Both the position numbers and the translations under genes were made by a program. The notes beneath the pieces are model-generated. The model saw only the letters and a program-made list of their open reading frames with translations, was not told the DNA's origin and ran no database searches. This document shows, piece after piece, positions 1-10,726 of a stretch of 64,000 nt of DNA (positions are counted from its first letter, which is position 1; each line of letters starts with the position of its first letter). Source of the stretch: Haliotis rufescens (taxonomy: Eukaryota); contig NW_025963857.1 in assembly GCF_023055435.1 (NCBI RefSeq), positions 1,178,001-1,242,000 of the forward strand, written 5' to 3'.

Positions 1-304
1 GATATTCTGGTTCATCGATCACTTGATTGTCTGGTTTGTTTACAGGCCGCCGTCTCACGATACGAGTACAGCTGTGCCGCGTCAGGGACAAATACTTCCG
101 TTGTCATGAAAATTGTGTGATTGGCGAGTGCTACCGATAGTGCCGGACATGCTTACCCTTTTCGCGAACACCTGGTGTCATCACTCAATATCACTGGTCC
201 ATCCATATAAATTTCATAACTATTTTGCACTTTACGTCAAATTTTATTCTGTTTCGGCGGACACTCTAGACTGATGTTCTCTTGTATTGGAGGTTCATAT
301 TTAC

Positions 305-1585
305 GGCATTGCCTAAAAGTCGGGCCGGGCCGGGACAAGACGGGCCAAAGTGTTACTTCATTATCGGCGATCATACCTACATACAATTGATGCAACATAC
401 ACACATGACATAAATGAACAATCACCAAACAAAAAAATGCACCATAAATAAGTAATTCGGAGTAAATCGCTTGAAAACCAGAAAGTGGAGCAGTGTGTAA
501 GCGTCGCTGATCTTGGTAACATGTAAAAGAGCAATCGTTAAACGAAATAAGATTTGAAACGTATCAAATACTTCTAGCTATCTTGATACAACGTTCCATC
601 TGTGAGCATAGTGTTTATATTTATAGGAACGTTCTATATATAAGTAAATACCACTTTATAATGTCAACATTTGAATCCATTTGATGATAAATCTGTGCGG
701 TTTAAGTTGATTTTGAGAGCCCGGGCCAAGTCGGACCGAACACTTCTGACATAGATTTTCTTAAGAAAATACAGTAGAAATACTTCACTTTGAGCACCTT
801 GTTTTCTTTAAATACGATGTACCGTGACATTATAAAGTGGTATATAGGTAGATATAACACTAATCTATAGATGTAAACACATTTGAAGATACATATGTGT
901 GTTTAAAGTTGATTTTGACCGGCAGGGCCAAGTCGGACCCAACCAGGCAAAACACTTCTGATAGAGAGAATGAAGAGGGGAAAGGGCTTCACTTTTGAGC
1001 ACCGTGTTTGCTACTGCAATATGAGACACTAAAGTGTTATATAGGTAGATATGATATTATAATTAACCTATAGATGTAAGGTATGTGTTGTAATTTTAGA
1101 AGCGCTTTGACAGTTATTAACACGTATCGTGTCAGTCCTATGACATTCGCGAATATCAACTTGCAGAAAACATCCTGTGTTGGTTTAACATGAATTAGTA
1201 AAGGTTATTTAGGTATGCCAAACACGTTAATGAATGAAAGAAGAGTAGTCAAAACACTGTCATTTCGAATTCCTGCCCAGGACATCACACCCCTGCATGC
1301 TAAGGTCGGTGACAAACCTTCTCATCAAAGTAAAGACACAGTCAAGACACTGACTTTTCGGTATGAACTCTCGGTATGTAGCTATAATTATCAGTTTATT
1401 ACATTGCTGAAGATACATTTTGATTCAAACTCAATTAAATGAGCAAAACTATCCGTTTCTGGACATTTGAGATCTGCCTAGATATGCACGTTTCGTTTTA
1501 TTATTCTGCAATCCATGTTTAGTATTACCCGCTGGCCCGGCCCGGCCCGGCCCGACTTTTCTTGGTCCGACTTTTAGGCAATCCC
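305..1585. mobile_element. Non-autonomous TIR DNA transposon, Mutator/MULE-like, in the 3' UTR region of TRIM-A1
   Basis: Terminal inverted repeats GGCATTGCCTAAAAGTCGG(GCCGG)n at 305 and (CCGGC)n...CCGACTTTTAGGCAATCCC ending 1585. A 9-bp TSD CATATTTAC lies at 296-304 and 1586-1594. The empty site GGTTCATATTTACATAAAC is seen in the paralogous unit at ~43921. No transposase ORF. Superfamily is inferred from the 9-bp TSD and G termini. Confidence 0.85.
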
Positions 1586-3504
1586 CATATTTACATAAAC
1601 TTTTGTCACTCAGATGGTGACGGATTCTATCAGGTACAATCGTTATACTTCCACATCTTAGGTGTTTCTTGTAAATCTGTAGATCTTCACACAGTCATCA
1701 TCGGTGACATACAGGTGCTGACTTTCACACAGGTAGAGACCATACGGAGATGTAATACCATCACGTGACGTCAACACTTCCCTCACAAACGTCCCAGAAG
1801 CGCTGAGTTGAATCACACGATTTGCAAAGTGATCTATAACCAGGATATGTCCTGTGTTGGTTTCAGTGATTCCATGAGGGGAAGGATTCTGCTGTAAAGG
1901 CTGATACCTGAACACAACATCTCCATGAGGCGTCAGACAGAGGACACTGCCAGCTGCGAAATCATCGCAAGACACGAGGATGTTACCCTGCCTGGTGGTA
2001 CTGAGGTACCAAGGACCTGATACAAGTTTCTCTCTATCTGTGACAGGATCCAGGGTCCTCAACACATTCCCCGCCATGTCCAGGATGTCCACACACTCGG
2101 ATCCTGCTGCCAGGGTTGTCGGTGTCAGGGATGTCAGACAGTGGTACTCCTTCCTTGTTGAGATGGATGACTGAAGCACCAGCTCAGGCTTCACTTCTAC
2201 TATTATTATTTTCTTAGTGTCAGGGAGAGTCACAGCCATTTTATTGTTGTTTAGTTTTGCAATGCGTCCAGGAGCGCTTTGTACCCCCAGCTTACTCTGA
2301 CATGACTTCTTGTTTCTTTTGTAGAAGGATTTCACACACTTGTTGTCATAATCTGTGACAGCTATGGTGTCTGTGTTGTCGACAACAAACACAGCCACGT
2401 CATAAGCTTCGGGTTTTTCCTGATCATCTTTTGCCTGTATGTCCACTGTGTCATACAGAACTGCTGTAGATGTAGAATCAAAAACATCTTCAACAATGAT
2501 ATCAATCACACCCAAGTGTAGATCGTTTAGTTCCTCACACATCAGATGACGATCGTGTATGAAACAAGCCTTGCCCCCAGATACATCCTTCATACCTGAC
2601 TCTGGGACACACACAGTGGCTGCCTCCTCCGACTCACTCCACAGATACATCTCACAGATGTCCACGTCACTCTCAGACCCCAGAGCTCTGGCCAGCAACA
2701 TCGAATGTTGACGAATCATCTGCCTGGCCATCTCCTCACGCTTCATGTCTCCTTTCAGCTGTCCTCTTTGTTTCTCTGTGACGTCATCTATTTGTTCCAG
2801 GAGTTGTCTTTCCTTCTTCTTTATCAAGTCAATGGCAGTGTGGGCTGCTGATCGGACCTGAGACTGAAGGCTGGACTTGTTCTCATTAATTTCAGTACAT
2901 TTTGCTTCCTTCTTTGCAAGGCGAGTGTTTGATGTTGCTAAATCAGTCTCTAGTTTCTGTTTTACAGATTGAAGAGTGTTTTGCATTTCAGGCAACACAG
3001 ATTCTAGCGAGACAATGGACTCACACTTTCTGTGATACAAGATGCAACACGATTGACATTGTAGTTTCTTACAGTCCTTGCAGTAGAACTGCATCCTCTG
3101 ATCTGGATGTTCTTTACACATAGGTTTGCGTCTTTTCTTCACCTTGACATCCCTTGACAAGTCAGATACGTCATGGTGACGGGAGGCAGGATTACGAACA
3201 TGGGCCTTAAGACATCCACCACACAGCGAGACGTCAAAGTCAGAACACCAAGATGTAGCCAGAGTTGCATCCCCGTCATCATCACATAAGTTGCAGTTAT
3301 TTGTTCCTAAAAAGAAATATACACATGTATTATGTTGACATGGTTTATATCTAATGTTGTTTACAGAGAAATATAGGTTATGTTAGGATGCACGAAGAAA
3401 GTGCTCCACATGAATATAAAACCTATCAATATGAATATAAGAGCACCTATTTGCGTCATCTTTATAAAGACATTTATCCTTTCCTTTATCAGTACCCATT
3501 TAAG

Positions 3505-3705
3505 GGGCACCAGGGGCGCAGTCTTCTAAATCTGCATATCTGCATCCCTCAAATCCCAGAGTCGCCCTCATTATGTTTCATGGTATGTCGGCACCATTCT
3601 TGTGCTCGTGGGTTTCACCAAAGTGACATTTGACATCGGATCGAGTTTTCCACACCTATCAAACTGACACGCGATGCTATAACTGGAATAATCAAGTACG
3701 CATTT
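3505..3705 (+). mobile_element. Degenerate SINE (same family as 9756-10030) in the TRIM-A coding-region intron; also at ~17725, ~31815, ~45840
   Basis: Shares GCTCGTGGGTTTCACCAAAGTG and the 3' tail CTGACACGCGATGCTATAACTGGAATA with the better-preserved copy at 9756-10030. Confidence 0.6.
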
Positions 3706-4463
3706 CACGTTTAAGTTGGTTCATTGTGGAATTCCAAAATAGAAAATACAGTACCTGTTAACAATATGTACCTATCAACTAGTAATAAAAACAACCTGCA
3801 AGCAGCATTCGTCTTTAAAAGCTTAAAAGTCATTCTTGCGAAGACATGTTAGAATGTCACTAAAAATATAATTCTATGAACTTGAAAATTACAAAATTCT
3901 GTTGAATAAATTGAGAAATGTATTTTTTGTGTTCGTATGCAATAATAAAGGCATTAACATTACGTGGCATTGTGACCAGACAAGCTCAATTACATTACTT
4001 CAAAATCATGAGAATCAATAATTAGTCTCAGAAGCAAACGAGCAAATATGTTACAGGATTGACTGCAGGTCTAACTGTGTCACTGAAAGAAATGACAGAT
4101 ATTCAAGTAATGTTAGGACAACAACGAGTCTGTCATAGATGGGTAAATACTGTTGCCTGTGTTGAAGATGAATTAAAACTATATGGATTGAGTGGAAGTC
4201 CAACCACCATGGTCTCTGGTGTATACTTATACCTTGATTGTAGGGAGCGAAGGAATCCAAGAGACCCTGAATCAAGAAGCTGGGTTTCACCTCCTGTGCC
4301 CACTCTTCAACTGGCCTGTTTGAGTCGGCTACTTTGGTCATCTTTCGACAGAATGGACAGAGGAGAGACTTGGCACTGATGGCTTCTGGTCTGGTTTTAG
4401 TGTAGCTAACGACACATTTCCGACAAAATGTGTGATAACACACAAGTGTACAGGGGTCATCAA

Positions 4464-4823
4464 AGACGTCCATGCAGAAGTCAAGAAGTTGTCTGTCAAT
4501 TGTCGGTGCACTGCCATCTTAAATGTTAAAATATAAATATTGGCATTCTCAACTTAACATCATACACCTTTTCATCAATAAGAACCCATTTTTATTTTTG
4601 AATGATATACGGGCAGTTTTATCAATAATGAACTCACAGAGAGTAGATATGATACAACGATCTTTAAAGACATGAAGTAGTTTGTTATGTGCTCATGTTC
4701 CTCCGACACATGTTCATGTTCCAATGCCTAATTATGACTACAATGTTGAACAACATATAAAGGCGGTCATTAAGTGAGAGCGTTACGTTAATGCTTGAAA
4801 ATAGCTCAGTGTCATTTCACATA
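4464..4823 (-). other. Inverted ~360-bp copy of the TRIM-B 5' intron and exon start, inserted into TRIM-A1 exon 1
   Basis: The reverse complement matches B1 ~10394-10789 with an internal deletion (GTGAAATGACACTGAGCTATTTTCAAGCATTAA...TTTTAACATTTAAG ATGGCAGTGCACCGACAATTG). Absent from A2, A3 and A4. Confidence 0.9.
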
Positions 4824-6153
4824 AAAGACGTCCATGCAGATGCTGCAAGTCAGGAAATTATCTGTCAATGTCCTGTGCATCGCCATCTGTAATAGTAAAA
4901 CATATTTATGAACAAACAATTTTAGATTTTGACCCTTTTGTGAATTACATATTTTCAGTTGAGGTGAAGTGAAAGATTTATCATCATAATTTTAAGTAAT
5001 GACTTGTCCAGCTCCAACAAAGCCAATTACTACACTTACACTGAGACAGACTAATACATCGTCTTTGAAATATTTTATTACACATAACATTTCTCTCTTA
5101 AATAAAAACAATTAATTTTTTCGTGATGCTGATTTCATAGGGATTGTTAGAGCTGGCTACAACTGTTTTTATATAAAACTAGATAGGTTTTGTTTTTATA
5201 AAATACACATATTCCACAGTCATGGTGCAGGACCATATTCAAGACTACTTTAATGGTAGAACATTATCTTCTAATTGTAATTTGACATAGGTTTGCTATC
5301 TTTTTCTGGACTCCGTTATAGCTCACGTGATTTATTTATTGAAAGTGCCATTGTGCAAATATTTCAAGAGAACTTAGATTTTGTACAAGTTGCAACAAAT
5401 GATGTCAAAATGTATAATTATTTCAGAAAATAATATCTTAATCACTAGTTTCACCACAATGGACATGTAAACAAATTTTGCAAAATATTGCACAGAATCC
5501 ATAAGAATATATTTGTTCATTTGTTAAGCTCTGAGAACTTGTAACAACCCGGCCTTTGGCCTCATCCGTATCATGAAAACATACTGATTGATTTGTTGAC
5601 TGATTGGTTGGTTGGTTGGTTGGTTTCAGGACATCGCAAGTTTACAACAAGTTTCAGTATTGTGTAACACCCCATGCATGAACCACCGCCAGCTCAATCA
5701 TGTTGAAACGTCATTAAAATTCTTATATATGGACATGACTCATTCCAGTACATTGCATAACGAAAGTGGAATTTTTGATTCTGTTGCCTGACCCAGGGAG
5801 GGGTGGGGGTGTCCAAGGTCCCCTCCTCTTTCTTTAAAAACAAATTGTGTAGGCAGTAAACTTATCTGAACGAGGATTTGGATATGTTGGACCCCTCCCC
5901 AGAAATGTTTGATCCGCCCTTCTATTCTAGGGAACAGATTGACTCTTGCAGCATAAATAACACTGACATCTGTTACTTTAATAAAAACAAGTTTTGATAA
6001 TGGATCTGGATCTATATTGCTGACATTTTGCTGTTGCAACGTTCAAAATAAACTATAACTCAATCTTATAATACAGCACACGCAGGGACCATACGACCAT
6101 GTACAACCAGGAAGTATGAAGCTATTTTCACACCTTCCATATACCTGTGGCAT

Positions 6154-6535
6154 GTCACACTTATCAAGTATATACGGGACGTCACACTGATCAAGTATAT
6201 ACGGGACGTCACACTCATCAAGTATATACGGGACGTCACACTCATCAAGTATATACGGGACGTCACACTCATCAAGTATATACTGGACGTCACACTCATC
6301 AAGTATATACGGGACGTCACACTCATCAAGTATATACGGGACGTCACACTCATCAAGTATATACGGGACGTCACAATCATCAAGTATATACGGGACGTCA
6401 CACTCATCAAGTATATACAGGACGTCACACTCATCAAGTATATACGGGACGTCACACTCATCAAGTATATACGGGACGTCACACTCATCAAGTATATACG
6501 GGACGTCACACTCATCAAGTATATACAGGACGTCA
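6154..6535. repeat. 27-bp minisatellite (GTCACACTCATCAAGTATATACGGGAC) x14
   Basis: Direct count, also seen as a 9-aa periodicity in three ORF frames. Paralogous sites have 1 (19667), 5 (34036) and 6 (48105) copies. Confidence 0.95.
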
Positions 6536-6568
6536 AACAAACTTCCATGTTGCCAATGCTCACATTAC

Positions 6569-6660
6569 CTTTAATTGTCAGTAGTTTTAACCTCTCATTC
6601 TTCCAGTCTGTCTGAAGCCATGTCGATTGTGTCCAGGCGTGTCGAAGGGCGGTTCGCTAA
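6569..6660 (-). promoter_or_regulatory. Putative promoter and non-coding first exon of TRIM-A1 (donor at 6569); paralogues near 19730, 34208, 48310
   Basis: The coding exon begins AG|ATG, so an upstream exon is required. An AAAG|gtaatg donor and a GC-box (GGGCGG, or CCGCCTCTTA in A2/A3) are conserved in all four units and resemble the TRIM-B candidate first exon. The TSS is not determined. Confidence 0.5.
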
Positions 6661-6944
6661 ACTGGTATGCATTTTCTGATACTGGTAACCAGTCTAGTCA
6701 CTGCAGGTGAAACACGGATCGCGACTGACATGTAGGGACGCGTCCAGTGTATACTCTACAACAGTGCTTCATTTTCCTGATGTTTGTTTTTGTCGTCTAT
6801 TTATTTTTTATCAGTGTATCTGTAATTTATTGAACTATTTGAAAGAATTGACTTATTCGATTCCGAAGGATCATTCTACATTTTCAAAATCTACAGTCAA
6901 AATTAATGTAAACAATATTTGATTCCATTCAGTTTGGCTCAGTA

Positions 6945-7203
6945 CCCCACTGGGAGCTCAGTTGTGTAAGGCGCGTAATAGACTGTGCAGAGTTGCTTCC
7001 CTTAGACCATGCCTGATGTCGTTAGTTCAGATCACAGATTCGATTGTTTCTAGGGTTGTCAGCACCATACCTGTGCACGTGGGTTTCACCACAGTTGCAA
7101 ACGTCTATTAACTACATCGAGTCCGACCACAAACACTCTGTCGACGTGATGTTACTGAAATACTGTTAATTAAGCGGTGTCAAAGTCTTTCAGCGAGTGA
7201 GTT
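6945..7203 (+). mobile_element. Degenerate tRNA-derived SINE (family of 9756-10030); paralogues ~20125, ~34610, ~48705
   Basis: Contains TTTCTAGGGTTGTCAGCACCATACCTGTGCACGTGGGTTTCACC and a tail ACTGAAATACTGTTAATTAAGCGGTG similar to the other copies. Confidence 0.6.
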
Positions 7204-7968
7204 TTGGTAAACTTTGAAAGGCGTTTCAGTTAAACAGGTGGGGAAACTACAGGCACGGGAAGGTGTGCGCAGCAAAAGCATCATAATCAAGGCAAAGCTG
7301 GAATTCCGCACAGCAACTCTGCACAGCTAAATTTTGAGCCTTCGATCCTTTGGCAGCTTCATACCACAACACGTTAAAAGATAACACTTGTTGTTTCCCT
7401 GCCTGGCGCTCGGTGTTTAGGGAATAAGGAGTGACTGGTTCGGTTTCATTACACTGCATGCGGGTATCCATTACAAACTGCAGCATAGTGCTTCCGTTCC
7501 CCCCTCTCCCACCTACACCCCCCCCCACACACACACACTACTCCCAATACGCCTCAACCCAGGCCCATCCCAAAACATCCTCCCCTTCTGTAGCCATGTT
7601 GGTCCTGCGTGTAACGTACGTTCATCAATCTTGATACCGAAGGAGATCAGCTGTTACAAATCTAATTGAGAAAACATTCTTTCAAATTCATCTTCTCTGT
7701 GTCTGCGGTCAATGTAAATCTGTTGAAACCAATTACCCTAAACCTATAAAGGCCTCCGTTGGCTCTAACGGAGACAGTATCCCTGGTTTACCAGCTAGAT
7801 TAGTAAAGAGAAAGGCCAACTTTCTAATAATAGCCTTGTTTGGAGGCAATATATTCGACGTATGTTGATGTCATCTGACATTGTCATTTAATATGTGTTT
7901 ACAGCAACAAAATCTCGCAGTGCAGACTCCATGCGTCCCTCATCTTCTCGGTACAGATTCCAAGACGC

Positions 7969-8105
7969 TCAACACAAGTTGCAGAAGCGGGCACAGTTGG
8001 CGGACGCCCAGTCTTTGTACACTGGCGCACACGAGTGAGGGAAGGAGTCACAGTTGCTCCACTTGTCGACACAGGTCGCCGGCAGCGTGTGACGTACTGT
8101 TGCCC
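7969..8105 (-). pseudogene. Orphan terminal exon of the ShKT gene (unit 1)
   Basis: 137-nt exon after a ccag acceptor: ATVRHTLPATCVDKWSNCDSFPHSCAPVYKDWASANCARFCNLC-stop, with the six-Cys ShKT pattern. Upstream exons are absent; homology with the full gene ends at ~8388. Confidence 0.85.
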
Positions 8106-9164
8106 CTGGCAGTGAACCAGGATGACATTGAAACACTAAGATTACGAAATACTTGTAGACATTGTACTTGGTAAAACTCACCAGCACATTATATACACGC
8201 TATACAGTATACACTACACCCCACACGTTATTTATTCTACATTAAACAGTGATATAAACCTGCGGCCAAAACAAACTTTACAAATTTATAAATGAAATTG
8301 CAATAAATTAAAAACACAAGTTCAAACTAAATCAATGCAAACACATCGTCCAAACAATGCTCTATGCAGAAAGTGATACACGTCCACACGGGTTGTACTA
8401 GTAAGTAAAGGCAGCTTGTGGTCACCTTGGTTTACAACGGTTCATTTTTGTAAATTGTTAACACGTCTATGTCTTTCAATAATTGTACCCTCTTTGAGCT
8501 TACTATTGATGGCAGGAGTTTTTTTTATGAAACTGCATGTGGAGATATGAGCGACACTCATGTTTTCGGTCACCAGAATGCATTATGTCATACAAAATAT
8601 TTCTCATGATACCTGACGTGAACAATACAAATCAATATTTGAACCGATAGACAAGCATCTACATCATAATGTCGTCATTAAGTTTTATTGACTGCTCTTT
8701 GAACAATAATTCAGCAATATAACGGCTTATCAGCTTAATGTCTGAGAATGGGCCCTGTTTGTAACTTATAGTAATTGTAATATTGAAATATACATACCTT
8801 CACACGATAGTGGCCAAAATTACAACATGCGCTTCAACATCCACTAGCATTCCTTTGTTTCAGGATATTTGGTAAAGCATTTAAACCCTTTCGCAAAATG
8901 GAATCTTTTGCATGAACTCAAAAGTTGAACTTGTAAATACTCAGTTTGATTGAATTCCCGACATATTACAACACTTCCGCCCACCAAACATCGCCTCAGA
9001 TGCAATATGTGTGCAGTCATACAAAAAACATGCACGATACAAATGTTATACTGCATTTACTATCGATATTGCAACATATGGTGACCAACTAGATCAGCAA
9101 GTGGTTATGTACACAATACACTTAGTTGTGTGAGAGCGTTTATGAGCAGCCTGTGTCAGTGTAC

Positions 9165-9241
9165 AGCCCCGCCTCTTACAATACCGAGACAGACAGTCAG
9201 TCCAGCAGAATGGTTGGAAGAGACATCTGACGAAACTAAAG
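9165..9241 (+). promoter_or_regulatory. Putative promoter and non-coding first exon of TRIM-B1 (donor at 9241); paralogue ~37532-37608
   Basis: GC-box CCCCGCCTCTTA at 9167 and donor AAAG|gtattt. The downstream coding exon starts tttag|ATG and so needs an upstream exon. Confidence 0.5.
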
Positions 9242-9589
9242 GTATTTTCTTGATTTCTGAGCTAGTATGTTGTCTGGTGCTACATCATAGTGAAGTGGTA
9301 TTTTCTTTGTTTCTGTGTCGAGGTATAATTTATGTTTGTTGTATCGTACATTGTCTTCCTATTGGACAGCATTTTCTGACATTACTATTAGTGACACAGG
9401 ACTGAAACTGGATCATCAGGTTCATGTTTACAGCTCTTCTTAACATGTATCAATTAATACTACAATTGCAAACATCTGACTGTCTTGCAAACCATGCCAG
9501 GTGCCTTTCATTGACACTATCTATGTACAAATATTATTCTCATGACATTATCTCAATAATCATTGGTCATGTTTATGTTTTCATAGCAA

Positions 9590-10150
9590 CTGTGTCTCCA
9601 TGGTCTAGTTGATATAGTGCCTGGCCAGACAGCAGAAGGTCAGTGGTCCGATCCCCGGCCATAAACAAGTCTGATCCTCGGCATTAAGGAGCTAAGACAA
9701 GAACTGGTCGGCTTGGAGTCAGTATATTGTGTCGGAGTGTGGTATTCATGTTAAAGGGGCACGGGTGGCCCAGTCGTCTAAGGCGCCGTGATTCGCTGTG
9801 CACAGTTGCGTCCCTTGGGCACGTCCGAAACCTATGATTATGGGTTCGAATCCCGTTTCGCCCAGATTATGTTTCTAGGATTGTCAGCACCAGACCCATG
9901 CTCGTGGGTTTCACCGAAGTGGTAAACGTATGAGACCTGCATCACTTCGGGCGTTCCTCCCACATTAGCTGACACGCCTGATATAACTGGAATATTGTTA
10001 AAAGCGGCGTTAGACCCAACTCACTCACTTACTGTTCATGTTAAAATGCGGCATGGTGTCTCAATGCATTATGGGCTGGCACTATGAAACCGGCATTAAT
10101 TAAGTACAAGCAGCCACATACATAAACACACATACAGAAACACATTCACA
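9590..10150 (+). mobile_element. tRNA-derived SINE (family of 36463-36835) interrupted by a second SINE at 9756-10030; same nest at ~37955-38430
   Basis: The outer element has a tRNA-like head (TGGTCTAGT...GGTCCGATCCCCGGCC) and body. The inner element has a B-box GGTTCGAATCCC and a (CTCA)n tail and is flanked by the duplicated TTCATGTTAAA (9745-9755, 10035-10045). Confidence 0.8.
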
Positions 10151-10155
10151 TCCAG

Positions 10156-10169
10156 TCTCTCTCTCTCTA

Positions 10170-10253
<84 letters not shown>

Positions 10254-10270
10254 TAACACACACACACATT
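10156..10270. repeat. Compound (CT)n/(CA)n microsatellite
   Basis: Directly visible. The paralogous positions in units 2 and 3 are N gaps. Confidence 0.95.
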
Positions 10271-10726
10271 TTACACGTGCATCCAATAAACACACAGACA
10301 CACGCGTAGACCTTAAGGGATTCGCGCAATAACGCAAAAACGCGTTCCAAAACATAACTTTGTCTTTGTATTGTGGAGTGATTATTTGGGAACTGTGAAA
10401 TGACACTGAGCTATTTTCAAGCATTAATATTTTCATCCACAAAACTGTAACTCATGAACTGAGCTCTCACTTACTGACCGCCTTTATATGTTGTTCAACA
10501 TTGTAGTCATAATTACGCATTGGAACATGAACATGTGTCGGAGGAACATGAGCACATAACAAACTACTTCATGTCTTTAAAGATCGTTGTATCATATCTA
10601 CTCTCTGTCAGTTCATTATTGATAAAACTGCCCGTATATCAATCAAAAACAAAAATGGGTTCTTATGGATGAAAAGGTGTATGATGTTAAGTTGAGAATG
10701 CCAATATTTTTATTTTAACATTTTAG

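Larger units (their letters stand above)
1658..4886 (-). pseudogene. TRIM-A1: RING/B-box/B-box/coiled-coil/NHL-like TRIM, RING exon disrupted
   Basis: Exon 2 (3306-1658) is open, with acceptor ttttag. The exon 1 donor is at 4233. The native ATG (4886) reads MAMHRTLTDNFLTCSICMDVF, then YVK-stop (4814-4812) inside an inserted segment. The second, B-type ATG (4517) is followed by a 7-nt deletion that removes the first RING Cys codon and shifts frame. B-box1 has WCSDF instead of WCSDC. Confidence 0.85.

Noticed and set aside
6043-6584. Three long repetitive ORFs (DVPYILDEC, VTSRIYLMS, HTHQVYTGR repeats) and a possible CRISPR-like array
   Set aside because: These are products of a 27-bp head-to-tail minisatellite with no spacers. 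The frames are open only because 27 is a multiple of 3, and the context is eukaryotic.
9130-9405. 91-aa ORF with a hydrophobic C-terminal half (paralogue 37509-37772)
   Set aside because: It spans the putative promoter, first exon and T-rich intron start of TRIM-B. No recognisable domain, and its conservation is explained by recent duplication.
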